Of a stretch of 64,000 nt of DNA, positions 19,799 through 28,790 are shown piece by piece (within the stretch, counting starts at the first letter, position 1; every line of letters begins with the position of its first letter). The stretch comes from Candidatus Bathyarchaeota archaeon (GTDB lineage Archaea > Thermoproteota > Bathyarchaeia > Bathyarchaeales > Bathycorpusculaceae). A program made the position numbers and the translations under genes. The notes under the pieces were generated by a model that did not search any database, was not told the DNA's origin, and saw only the letters and a program-made list of their open reading frames with translations. The stretch spans positions 548,169-612,168 of the forward strand of contig CAVYES010000006.1 of NCBI GenBank assembly GCA_963767735.1, read 5' to 3'.

Positions 19799-21469
19799 AT
19801 GTGCGGAATAGTTGGGATTTTTAACATAATCTGAGCCAGTGCCTCAAGCAAGAGACAAAGCACTGCGAATGGCAACTAAAATAAGGCATAGAGGACCCGA
19901 CTGGAGCGGCATCTACAGCGACGACAAAGCAATTCTTGCACATGAACGGCTCTCCATCGTTGACGTTGAACATGGAGCACAACCATTATTTGACAAAATC
20001 AACGGCAACGTTCTTGCTGTAAACGGCGAAATTTACAACCACATGCTTCTTCGAAGCGAACTTAAGAAGGAGCATTTGTGGCAGACAAAATCAGACTGCG
20101 AAGTAATCCTGTACCTCTACGATGAGTACGGTCCAGACTTCCTAAACATGCTAAACGGCATGTTCGCCTTCATACTATACGATAAGAAAAAAGGACAGTA
20201 CTTCATTGCAAGAGACCACATCGGGATCATTCCGCTGTATGTCGGCTGGGATGACAAAGGAACTTTTTATGTCGCCAGCGAAATGAAAGCCCTAAATGAC
20301 TATTGTACGACTGTCAAAGAGTTCCCTCCAGGACATTATCTACTGGGCAATGGGAAAGATTTCGTTAGATGGTATAAGCCTGAGTGGGCGGAGAAAATTC
20401 CAACAAAGAAACTAGTTCTCGCAGACCTGAGAAAGGCATTGGAGAAATCTGTAAAGGGACAAATGATGTCTGACGTTCCCTATGGTGTTCTTATCTCGGG
20501 AGGATTGGATTCTTCGTTGATAGCTGCTATCGCTTCGAAGTTCAGGAAGAAAAGGGTTGAATCTGGCGACAAAGAAGAGGCATGGTGGCCACGTTTGCAC
20601 TCATTCGCTGTAGGCTTAGCAGATTCGCCTGATTTGAAATACGCCAATAAGGTTGCCGACTACATTGGAACTGTGCATCATGAAATAATTTTCACTATAC
20701 AGGAAGGTTTTGACGCGATACGGGATGTCATTTATCATTTGGAAACATTTGATGTTACCACTATTCGTGCCGCTACTCCCATGTATTTGATGGCTAGAAA
20801 AATAAAATCCATGGGCATCAAAATGGTCTTATCCGGTGAAGGCGCAGACGAAGTCTTCGGCGGATACCTTTATTTCCACAAAGCACCAAATAAACAGGAA
20901 TTCTACGAAGAAACCGTAAGGAAGCTATTCTTGCTAAGCAAATACGATTGCCTTCGAGCAAACAAAGCAACTGCTGCTTGGGGTGTTGAAACCCGAGTGC
21001 CATTTTTAGATAAGGAGTTTTTGGATTTTGCCATGGGCTTTGACCCTCAAGAGAAAATGTGCTCGGGTGACAAAATCGAAAAGTATGTATTAAGAAAGGC
21101 GTTTGAAGGCTACATTCCTGAAGAGATTCTTTGGAGGCAAAAAGAACAGTTCTCCGACGGGGTCGGTTACGGATGGATAGATTATCTCAAAAAATACGTT
21201 GAAAGCGCGGTAACAGATGAAATGATGGCGAACGCTAAAAGTAAGTTCCCTCTCAAACTCCGTCATCAAAAGAGGAGTATTATTACAGGCAGATATTTGA
21301 CGGCTACTTCACCTGCCCCACTGCAGCATTAACCGTTCCGGTAGGTCCAACAATTGCCTGTTCCACCCCTACAGCCTTTAGATGGAGCAAAGAATTTGCA
21401 AAAATGGCTGACCCTTCAGGCAGATCCGTTAAAGAACACAACCAAACGTTAAACGAAAGCAAGAAATAA
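19799..21469 (+). CDS. asnB: asparagine synthetase B (glutamine-hydrolysing); frameshifts near 19830 and 21255
   Basis: MCGIVG start at 19799, HRGPDWSG, VNGEIYNH, SGGLDSS, SGEGADE, WRQKEQFSDGVG; C-terminal ACSTPTA...DPSGR in alternate frame. Confidence 0.93.
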
Positions 21470-21674
21470 TAATCCAAACTTTAATTGGTACATGCATGGT
21501 TGATTCAGATTTTCCTTTCGAATTAATTGCTTCTAGAAACTATAAACTCCTAAGAATCGCATGTATTTCGTTTTTTCTGATTTTTCCATAGAATCTAATT
21601 TCATTTTGTCGACCAATAGTTAAAAAACAAAAAATGGTTTGAAAGATTTTGTTCTAGGCAACTGGCCTTTGAAA

Positions 21675-21917
21675 CTACATTGGTGATAGTACAATGGAGG
21701 TTTCTGTTCGGATTACGCTGGGGTCTTTTTCAATTATCTTGTAAACAACTTGGTTTATGTCTTCAAGTGCTGGAGCTTCTAAAACTATTATTGCATCGTA
21801 TCGACCGAAGATTGCGTCGGCAGATACTATGCAGGTCTCCTTGACTTTTTCTTTTATTTTCTTAACAACGTCCAAGGATGTGCCGGGTTTAGTGCTTAAG
21901 AGTATATAGGCTTTCAA
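21675..21917 (-). CDS. stand-alone Lrp/AsnC ligand-binding (RAM) domain protein
   Basis: KAYILL...PG...V...IFGRYDAII...VIRTETSIV; no HTH. Confidence 0.85.
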   Translation of the reverse strand: MKAYILLSTKPGTSLDVVKKIKEKVKETCIVSADAIFGRYDAIIVLEAPALEDINQVVYKIIEKDPSVIRTETSIVLSPM

Positions 21918-22033
21918 TTTTTTTTCCTCTTTTTCTTTTTGCTTGTTTAGGTTTAAGCTTAACAGTATTAACGTGTTATTGCATATAAATTTTCTGTTTT
22001 GATTTAGACGTATGTCGAGTATTTATGAAAAAT

Positions 22034-22045
22034 TATGAACAAATC
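22034..22045 (+). promoter_or_regulatory. TATGAACAAATC box 6 (micropeptide promoter)
   Basis: 9 nt upstream of TTTATATT. Confidence 0.75.
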
Positions 22046-22104
22046 ATAACTATATTTATATTTAGCTGAGCAAGTAAATAAGTATACAATAAAATGGTGA
22101 AAAT

Positions 22105-22203
22105 ATGTTTGGAATAATTGATTTAGTATCGATAGCGACAATCATCGGGTCATTTGCCTTCATAGGGTACAGCATCAAGTTAGAACTCAAAATCAAAGTG
22201 TAA
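22105..22203 (+). CDS. 32-aa single-TM micropeptide (absent from ORF track)
   Basis: MFGIIDLVSIATIIGSFAFIGYSIKLELKIKV; GGTGA SD, own promoter, second copy in the island. Confidence 0.7.
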   Translation: MFGIIDLVSIATIIGSFAFIGYSIKLELKIKV

Positions 22204-22430
22204 CACAAAACTCGGGCAACAGCGCGGCTAGTCTTCGGTGATGAGGTTCTTATCACATTACTGATAACCTAATACACGCTTCCTAAAATGACGCACAAAT
22301 GAATATCCCACTGATTCTGTTATTTTAATAATAACGCGGCTGTGGGATACAACCGCTATTTTTTTGGTTCTTAATCTTGCAGATTCCTCAAAAGGAAAGA
22401 AAAGAGAAGGAGAAATGATTTTTCCATGAT

Positions 22431-22592
22431 CTATATTTTCTTTTTTCCCAATGTTGTTCTGAAGGTTTTGCCGCAGCATTCGCAAAGACCGATTGTCAGT
22501 TCTGTTCTTTTTCCTGTTTTGTCTGGTCTACCCGCCATCTTCCAAGTCTTTTTTGGAGCAACTTCTTTTCCACATTTGGGACATTTCGCCAT
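22431..22592 (-). CDS. Cren7-like small chromatin protein with Zn-ribbon cysteines
   Basis: MAKCPKCGKEVAPKKTWKMAG...IGLCECCGKTFR matches the Cren7 P.K.W...IGL...GK.FR pattern. Confidence 0.7.
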   Translation of the reverse strand: MAKCPKCGKEVAPKKTWKMAGRPDKTGKRTELTIGLCECCGKTFRTTLGKKKI

Positions 22593-22840
22593 TTTACATT
22601 CCTCATCAGAGCATTGAAACCATGCTCTATAAACGCTTTTTGTAGAAAAGTGCAATTCTCATAAAGATCGATAAGCTTCAATCAATGGTTGCTAGTCAGT
22701 TATTTTGTATTTTTTTAATCAATCATGCTCTTCGCTTTTGTTCCAAAATCGACGACATATTCGTGGGTCCAAACCCGAAAATACATAGGTCTCTATGGTA
22801 CTTGAACCAGAAACGGTTCAGAACCTTTATTGGGTTGCCC

Positions 22841-23003
22841 AGGTCCACTTTCGCTTATTTTTTACTTGTAAAAATTTTCGCTGAGATTTCAGAAATTTTC
22901 GACAAATAAGGTGTAATTGAGACTATATAGCTAAACTAGCCTCAAAAACTGCCCTAAAAAAAGCGCCGGGAGGAGGATACTAGCACCAATTTACCAGTAA
23001 AAA
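22841..23003. repeat. attP-like junction 2
   Basis: CCACTTTCGCTTATTTTTTACTTGTAAAA...CTCAAAAACTGCCCTAAAAAAAGCGCCGGGAGGAGGAT..AGCAC..TTTACCAGTAAAAAT. Confidence 0.8.
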
Positions 23004-23121
23004 TAGAGAGAAAAAGTAAGTCGTTGTATCTTTGTTTTTGTGCTTTCCAAAAGCTATTTAGAGTATAGCGAGACATAATTAAATCAGTATTTTCTCTTTA
23101 ATTACAGTTGGTTACCCGACT

Positions 23122-24573
23122 ATGCGCAAGAAAAATAGTGTTGGGCGGAATCTTGTTGATAAATACCGTACTTATGTAGAAAGCTCGCCTGTTGCTTTTT
23201 TCATTATTAATCCCGAAAGTAAATATGTCGAGGTAAATGATGCTGCTTGTAGATTGGTTGGTTATTCCAAAGAAGAACTTTTAGAAAAAACTGCTTCAAA
23301 TCTTGTGTTTGAAGAAGACATTCCATTAGCGCGAAAACATCATTCCAAGTTAAAAGAAACGGGAAAGTCTGTTACAGAGTTTAGGCTAAAGAGAAAAGAT
23401 AGGCAACCTGTATATGTTATTTTAAACGCAACGCAGTTGCCTGATGGAAATTTAATGGCTTTCTGTGAAAACATAACTGAACGCAAGAAAGCTGAAGACG
23501 CTCTTTTGGAAAGTGAGGTGAAATATGAGCAGCTTGTTGATAGGTTACCTGAAATGGTTTTTGAAATCGACCTCACTGGGCATGTTTCTTTTGCTAATTT
23601 GAGGGCAGTTGAGATTTTGGGTTATTCGAAGGCTGAGCTTGAGGATGATTTTGATGCTAATCGTCTTGTCGCGGCTGATGATGTCGCGCGTTCGAAGGAA
23701 AATATGAGATTAATGTTTGATAGAGGCATACGCCAGAGTTATGAATACATTTTCGTTAAAAGGAATGGGGAGCGTTTTCCTGTTTTATTGAATAGTGAGC
23801 CGATTATAAAAAATAACAAGATTGTTGGGGCTAGGGGAATTGTCATTGACATAAGTGAACGTAAGGATATGGAGAAGAGGCTTCAAGAACAAGAACGTTT
23901 GGCCGCTATAGGCACTACGGCAGGCATGGTTGGACATGATATTCGTAATCCCTTGCAAGCTATGACTGGCGACGTTTACTTAGCCAGGGCGGAATTAGTT
24001 CATACTCCTCAAAGTAAAGAGAGAAAAAATGCGTTGGAGAATTTGCAAGAGATTGAACAAAACATTGATTACATCGATAAGATTGTCGCTGACCTCCAAG
24101 ATTTTGCTAGAATTATCTATCCGAGCGGTAAAAAAACAGACTTAGTGAGCCTTTTCAAAGAAATTCTACTGAAAAACAACTTACCAGCCAGCATCAAGGT
24201 TTTTTGCAAAGTAGACAAAGCTGCCAAACTTGTGTTTGTTGACCCTGAGTTACTAAAAAGAGTTTTAAGTAATTTAGTGCTAAACGCGGTTCAAGCGATG
24301 CCTGAGGGCGGAGAACTTTCTGTTAGGGCTATTATCAAAGATGGAGGCTTTGTTATTGAAGTTAAAGACACAGGTGTGGGAATACCTGAAGATGTTAAAA
24401 CTAAAATATTTACTCCTATGTTCACCACCAAAGCTAAGGGTCAAGGATTCGGATTGGCAGTTGTGAAACGGTTAACTGAAGCGATGAATGGAACTGTGGC
24501 TTTTGAAAGTGAACAAGGTAAAGGAACCAAATTCACGGTACGATTGCCCAATAAGAAGATAAATGGCGACTAA
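23122..24573 (+). CDS. PAS-PAS sensor histidine kinase (no cognate regulator nearby)
   Basis: Two PAS/PAC domains, GHDIRNPL, NLVLNAVQAM, DTGVGI, FTTK, GFGL. Confidence 0.93.
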   Translation: MRKKNSVGRNLVDKYRTYVESSPVAFFIINPESKYVEVNDAACRLVGYSKEELLEKTASNLVFEEDIPLARKHHSKLKETGKSVTEFRLKRKDRQPVYVILNATQLPDGNLMAFCENITERKKAEDALLESEVKYEQLVDRLPEMVFEIDLTGHVSFANLRAVEILGYSKAELEDDFDANRLVAADDVARSKENMRLMFDRGIRQSYEYIFVKRNGERFPVLLNSEPIIKNNKIVGARGIVIDISERKDMEKRLQEQERLAAIGTTAGMVGHDIRNPLQAMTGDVYLARAELVHTPQSKERKNALENLQEIEQNIDYIDKIVADLQDFARIIYPSGKKTDLVSLFKEILLKNNLPASIKVFCKVDKAAKLVFVDPELLKRVLSNLVLNAVQAMPEGGELSVRAIIKDGGFVIEVKDTGVGIPEDVKTKIFTPMFTTKAKGQGFGLAVVKRLTEAMNGTVAFESEQGKGTKFTVRLPNKKINGD

Positions 24574-24847
24574 ACCCCATAGCTGGCGACCCCGTTTGGA
24601 AACCGAACTCTAAACATGATATCAGAAATTGAACTGGAGATAGGCATCCAACTCGAAGTAAAATTTCCTACATGTCTGCGGGCAAAAAAGTTGCTCGCAT
24701 TCAAATTTCTTGGATTCCTCTTATTGTCGATGAACTAATGGCCTCTGCTTTTGCAAGATTTCAAATGTAGCAAAAGACTAATTTAAATAGAGTTTAGCTA
24801 TTTAATTTTAGACAAAATAAGCTCAAAAATAGCTCCAACTGGTAAAA

Positions 24848-24962
24848 TGGCGCCGGGAGGGGGATTTGAACCCCCGAGGCCCCGAGAGGCCACAAGCTGC
24901 TTGGTGCTTGCCTTAGGCAAACATCTCCAGGCTTGCTCCCTGCCTGGCTAGGAGACCCCGGC
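24848..24962 (-). tRNA. tRNA-Ser(GGA) with 26-nt canonical 37/38 intron (24899-24924), encoded CCA
   Basis: Acceptor GCCGGGG/TCCCGGC, anticodon arm CAAGC-CTGGAG^A-GCTTG, long variable arm, GGTTCAAATCC. Confidence 0.93.
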
Positions 24963-25085
24963 ACAAATGAAACCAAGGGGAATTGAGGTGTTTTGCAACC
25001 TTTCTCTGACTTAAGCATAATTTAAAGCTTTATCGAAATATTGCTTCAAAGGTATTTTTAAAATCAGCCGCAACGAGAATTTCTA

Positions 25086-25560
25086 AGCAACTTTCCTTCA
25101 CTTTTTCTCACTTCTCTTCACTTTTCTTCACTTTCTATTACTTTTCCTCACTCAACCTGCAAACGAATCAAGCCCTAAACGAAAAAAGCAGCCAGAAGCA
25201 GACAGAGCAAAAACGGCGTAGAAGTAAGCTGATGCCAATTATGTCACTTTGAGGGAGGCGTTGGAGGGCGCAAAAATACATTTTGCAACATTTCACTACG
25301 TTCTGCTACATTCCGCTACATTTGTGTACGCAGCCTGCAAACGATTAAAAATCTGATTGAAAAAAGCAACCCAAAAAACAAAGAACAAAAAATTAGAAAA
25401 GAACTAAACACTTGAAAATCCACCCTCCTTAAGAAAATCTGACTAGCAATCTTTCGTGACTTTCCTTTACTTTTCGTTATTTCTGTTACTTTTCTTTACT
25501 CAACCAGCAAACAAATTGAATCCTAAACTAAAAAAGCACCCCCAAAACAAAAGAACAACA
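25086..25560. repeat. three ~175-bp non-coding units with 10-bp-periodic subrepeats
   Basis: Decamer runs at 25091-25150, 25281-25330 and 25451-25500, each followed by CA(A/G)CC(T/A)GCAAAC...AAAAAAGCA. Confidence 0.75.
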
Positions 25561-25718
25561 TTCCAAGAAAACAGAATTAACTAGATAGCTAAACTGTTTT
25601 TCAACGAATTTTAATTTTTAGTTATGCGCCAGTTTCTGATTGTAACGTTTTTGTTAGACAAAGTTTTTATTTGCGTTTGAAACTTAAATTCGACCGTTAA
25701 GATAAAGGATGATTCAAG

Positions 25719-26552
25719 ATGGCCCTACAAAAAGGAGATTTCATACTAATCAGTTATACAGCAAAAGTTAAGGAAACAAACGAAGTTTTCGATACAACAC
25801 AGGAAGATGTAGCTAAGAAAGAGCACCTCTTTAAAGAAGGAAAAATGTATGAGCCTAAACTGGTAGTTGTAGGCGAAAGCTGGGTTCTCAAAGCATTAGA
25901 TGACGGTTTAACCACAATGGAGATAAACAAGCCTGCAACCGTTGAAATTTCACCTGACAAAGGCTTCGGACAAAGAGACCCAGAAAAAATAAGACGCGTT
26001 CCACTTAAACAGTTGCTGGCAAAAGAAATTAACCCAGTTGTTGGAGCACAAATAGAATTTCAAGGAAAAGACGCAGTTGTCCGTTCAACGGGCGCGGGTA
26101 GAGTGCTTTTAGATTTTAACCCTCCTTTAGCTGGAAAAACCTTAGTCTACGATGTCACGGTCAGCAAGAAACTTGAAAGCAACGAGGAAAAAATCGGTGC
26201 CCTCATCCACCGCAGAGTACCTGTAGTTGAAGAAAACCAGTTCAAACTAACTATACAAGACAAAAACTTAACTATCGACATGCCTGAGGTAGCTTTCTAT
26301 ATTGAAGGCATCCAAATCGCTAAACGCGGTGTAGCCTTGGACATTCAGAAATTCATCCCTGACTTGGCTGAGACAAAATTCGTTGAAACCTTCAAAGCTG
26401 AACCCAAACCAATACCAGCAACACCGACACCAGCAGCAGCAACGACACCGGCGCCAGAAACGCCAGCGGCAGAAGAACCAGCAGCACTGCCAACTTCGGC
26501 TCCAGCGGAAGCACCTGCACCATCACCAGAAGCTGAAACTAAAGCGCCCTAA
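25719..26552 (+). CDS. slyD: FKBP-type peptidyl-prolyl isomerase (long archaeal SlyD type)
   Basis: GDFILISYT..VFDTT, P.KGFGQRD, LDFNPPLAGKTL; Pro/Ala tail. Confidence 0.92.
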   Translation: MALQKGDFILISYTAKVKETNEVFDTTQEDVAKKEHLFKEGKMYEPKLVVVGESWVLKALDDGLTTMEINKPATVEISPDKGFGQRDPEKIRRVPLKQLLAKEINPVVGAQIEFQGKDAVVRSTGAGRVLLDFNPPLAGKTLVYDVTVSKKLESNEEKIGALIHRRVPVVEENQFKLTIQDKNLTIDMPEVAFYIEGIQIAKRGVALDIQKFIPDLAETKFVETFKAEPKPIPATPTPAAATTPAPETPAAEEPAALPTSAPAEAPAPSPEAETKAP

Positions 26553-26711
26553 AAAGACGTCAACAAACCTTTCTATTTTTATAGTCAAATTTTATCTTGT
26601 GCTCAAAGCTAAGAATAAAGATAAATCCGTCATTCAGCTATAATTACAGTGAAGCACTTATGTTCACAATTTTTCTTACGTAATTGCTAGCAGGGAGGTG
26701 AGAAAGGAGAG

Positions 26712-27095
26712 ATGGACCATACGATAGTTCACTTTGAAATTCCCGCTCAAGATGTAGAAAAACTTAAGCAGTTTTATGAAGAAGTTTTTGGCTGGAAAAT
26801 AATCCAGTACGCTTCACCAGAAGATTATTGGGTTATACAAACTGTTCCTGTCGACTCAAATGGTTTGCCGCTGAGGCCAGGCGTAAACGGGGGCATGTTT
26901 AGGAAGCAACAGTCTGAAATTAAACCTATCAACTATTTTGCTGTTGAGTCCATAAACGATTATTTAGCTAAAATTCAAAAGCTAGGAGGCAAAGTGATTT
27001 CGCCCAAGCAGGAAGTTCCTAATGTTGGTTGGATCGCTGCGGCAGAGGATCCTGAAGGAAACAAGTTTGCGCTTATTCAGCCCTTACGCGTTTAG
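26712..27095 (+). CDS. VOC/glyoxalase family protein
   Basis: IVHFEIPA.D..K..FY..VFGW, NGG, DPEGN. Confidence 0.9.
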   Translation: MDHTIVHFEIPAQDVEKLKQFYEEVFGWKIIQYASPEDYWVIQTVPVDSNGLPLRPGVNGGMFRKQQSEIKPINYFAVESINDYLAKIQKLGGKVISPKQEVPNVGWIAAAEDPEGNKFALIQPLRV

Positions 27096-27106
27096 AACTC
27101 AAATGA

Positions 27107-28174
27107 TTAATTAATTACTCCCGTTGCCTTCGCTGTTTTCTCGCAGGCTTCAAAATTAAGGTTTAACTTTTGAAGGATTGTGTAGCGTTCAGGTCTTATT
27201 TTCGCTGCTGCCTCCAACGCTTTGACTAAATCAACGTCTTTAACGCCTAATTCGCTGGCAGTTGTTGGTGCACCTATAAGCTTGAGCGTTTTTCTTATTT
27301 TTTGCCAGTTTGCCCCGTAAAGATAAGCCGCCAATATTGAGCCTACGCCGCATTGTTCGCCGTGCATGGCATGATTTGAATTCAACATGTCTAAGGCGTG
27401 GCTAAACAGGTGTTCGGAACCGCTGCAGGGTCGGCTGCTTCCAGCGATGCTCATGGCAACGCCGCAGCTTATCAAAGCCTCAAGAAGAACGTGTAATCCT
27501 TCGTCTTTGTGGGAGACAATTAACTTTGCGTTTTCAATAACCAGTTTTGAACTCATTAAGGCTAAGCTGGCCGCGTATTCGCCGTAATACTCATTTTGTT
27601 CCAGATGTGCCAGTTTCCAATCTTTAACTGCTGTAATTTTGGCAACGACGTCTCCGCAGCCGCTTATTACAAAACGCCATGGTGCTTGGGCAATTACTTC
27701 TGTGTCAGCAATTATCGCCAGCGGTGCTTGTGCTAGTACTGAGTATGGTTTGTCTGAACCTTTAATGGAAGCTAACGGGCTTGCGATGCCATCATGAGAA
27801 ACAGTTGTGGGCACGCTGATGAAGGGGACGTTTTGGCTTCCTGAACTTACTTTTGCAGCATCAATTATGGTTCCGCCGCCCACACCGAAAAGCACTTGGG
27901 GTTTTAACTCTTTTATTTGACCTTGAATTTCTAGCACGTCTTTTGGGGTCATGGTCTTAACAAGAAGAAAATCGACCATCAAACCCGAATCCTTAAGAAG
28001 ATCAGAAACTGCTTTTCCAGCTACATCGTAGCATTTTGAGTCCGACATTACTAGCGCTTTCCCTCTAAGCCCTAACCGTTTTGCCACTTCGGGAACGCGT
28101 TGCAAGGTTCCTTTTCCAACGATGACTTCGCGAGGAAGCTGCATGTAATGGTACTTCAGTGTCAAACTAATCAC
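27107..28174 (-). CDS. egsA: sn-glycerol-1-phosphate dehydrogenase
   Basis: GVGGGTIIDAAK, PTTVSHDGIASP, SRPCSGSEHLFSHALD, HGEQCG, RYTIL. Confidence 0.95.
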   Translation of the reverse strand: MISLTLKYHYMQLPREVIVGKGTLQRVPEVAKRLGLRGKALVMSDSKCYDVAGKAVSDLLKDSGLMVDFLLVKTMTPKDVLEIQGQIKELKPQVLFGVGGGTIIDAAKVSSGSQNVPFISVPTTVSHDGIASPLASIKGSDKPYSVLAQAPLAIIADTEVIAQAPWRFVISGCGDVVAKITAVKDWKLAHLEQNEYYGEYAASLALMSSKLVIENAKLIVSHKDEGLHVLLEALISCGVAMSIAGSSRPCSGSEHLFSHALDMLNSNHAMHGEQCGVGSILAAYLYGANWQKIRKTLKLIGAPTTASELGVKDVDLVKALEAAAKIRPERYTILQKLNLNFEACEKTAKATGVIN

Positions 28175-28790
28175 TATTAACTTGCAACATTAATTTATCT
28201 CCAATGGTTTAAAACTTTGGGAACTCACTCAGAAAAAAATCCAGATTAGCTATGCAAAGAATTGCTTGATGAGAAATCTCCGCTAAACTTGAGTGCTAGC
28301 AATCTTGCAAAGTCAAATCCAAAGCATTTTTAATTCTCACACTCATCTTTAAGCTTCATTTATGTACAGAGCCAGTTCAAGTTTCACGGCAAAGAAACTG
28401 ATTTGTTTTCGGGAAATGCTTCCTGCACTCGGAAACTCTATGTAGTAATAGTGTTTGCGTGATTGTTCTACAGTTGAAAAAACAGATGCACATATAGCCA
28501 AATATATAAAATATATTAATTACCAACAAATAAGTAAAGAATTCCCATGCGTTTGTTTTGGGGGAGGACGAGGGGAGAACGCAAGTATGAGCACAAATCA
28601 GCCAGCATTAGCGAATATGCTCTACTTTCCAGCAACGATTAAACTATCCCAATTATTGAACTACCAAGTTCTGGAAATGACTCTTACACAATGGCACCCA
28701 CTCTTCGATTGCAACCAGATTGCAATAACCCTTGCCTCTATGTCAGAAGCCCAAATATAGATCAACCCAGAATATAAGGATAAAATAACT

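Larger units (their letters stand above)
8701..24865. mobile_element. tRNA-Ser-anchored composite island of three tandem modules
   Basis: Copies of the tRNA-Ser 3' end at 8702 (degenerate), 9611, 22963 and 24850, with shared flanking arms containing TTTTACCAGTAAAA. Confidence 0.7.

Noticed and set aside
22237-22313. GGTGATGAGGTT...CTGATAACCT resembling a fluoride riboswitch or C/D-box sRNA
   Set aside because: Lacks the riboswitch P1 closure and P2 stem and has no crcB-type gene downstream; the C box is sequestered in a GTGATGAG/CTTATCAC hairpin. An Infernal/Rfam scan would be needed.
25086-25560. Possible CRISPR array
   Set aside because: No identical 25-40 bp repeats with unique spacers and no cas genes.
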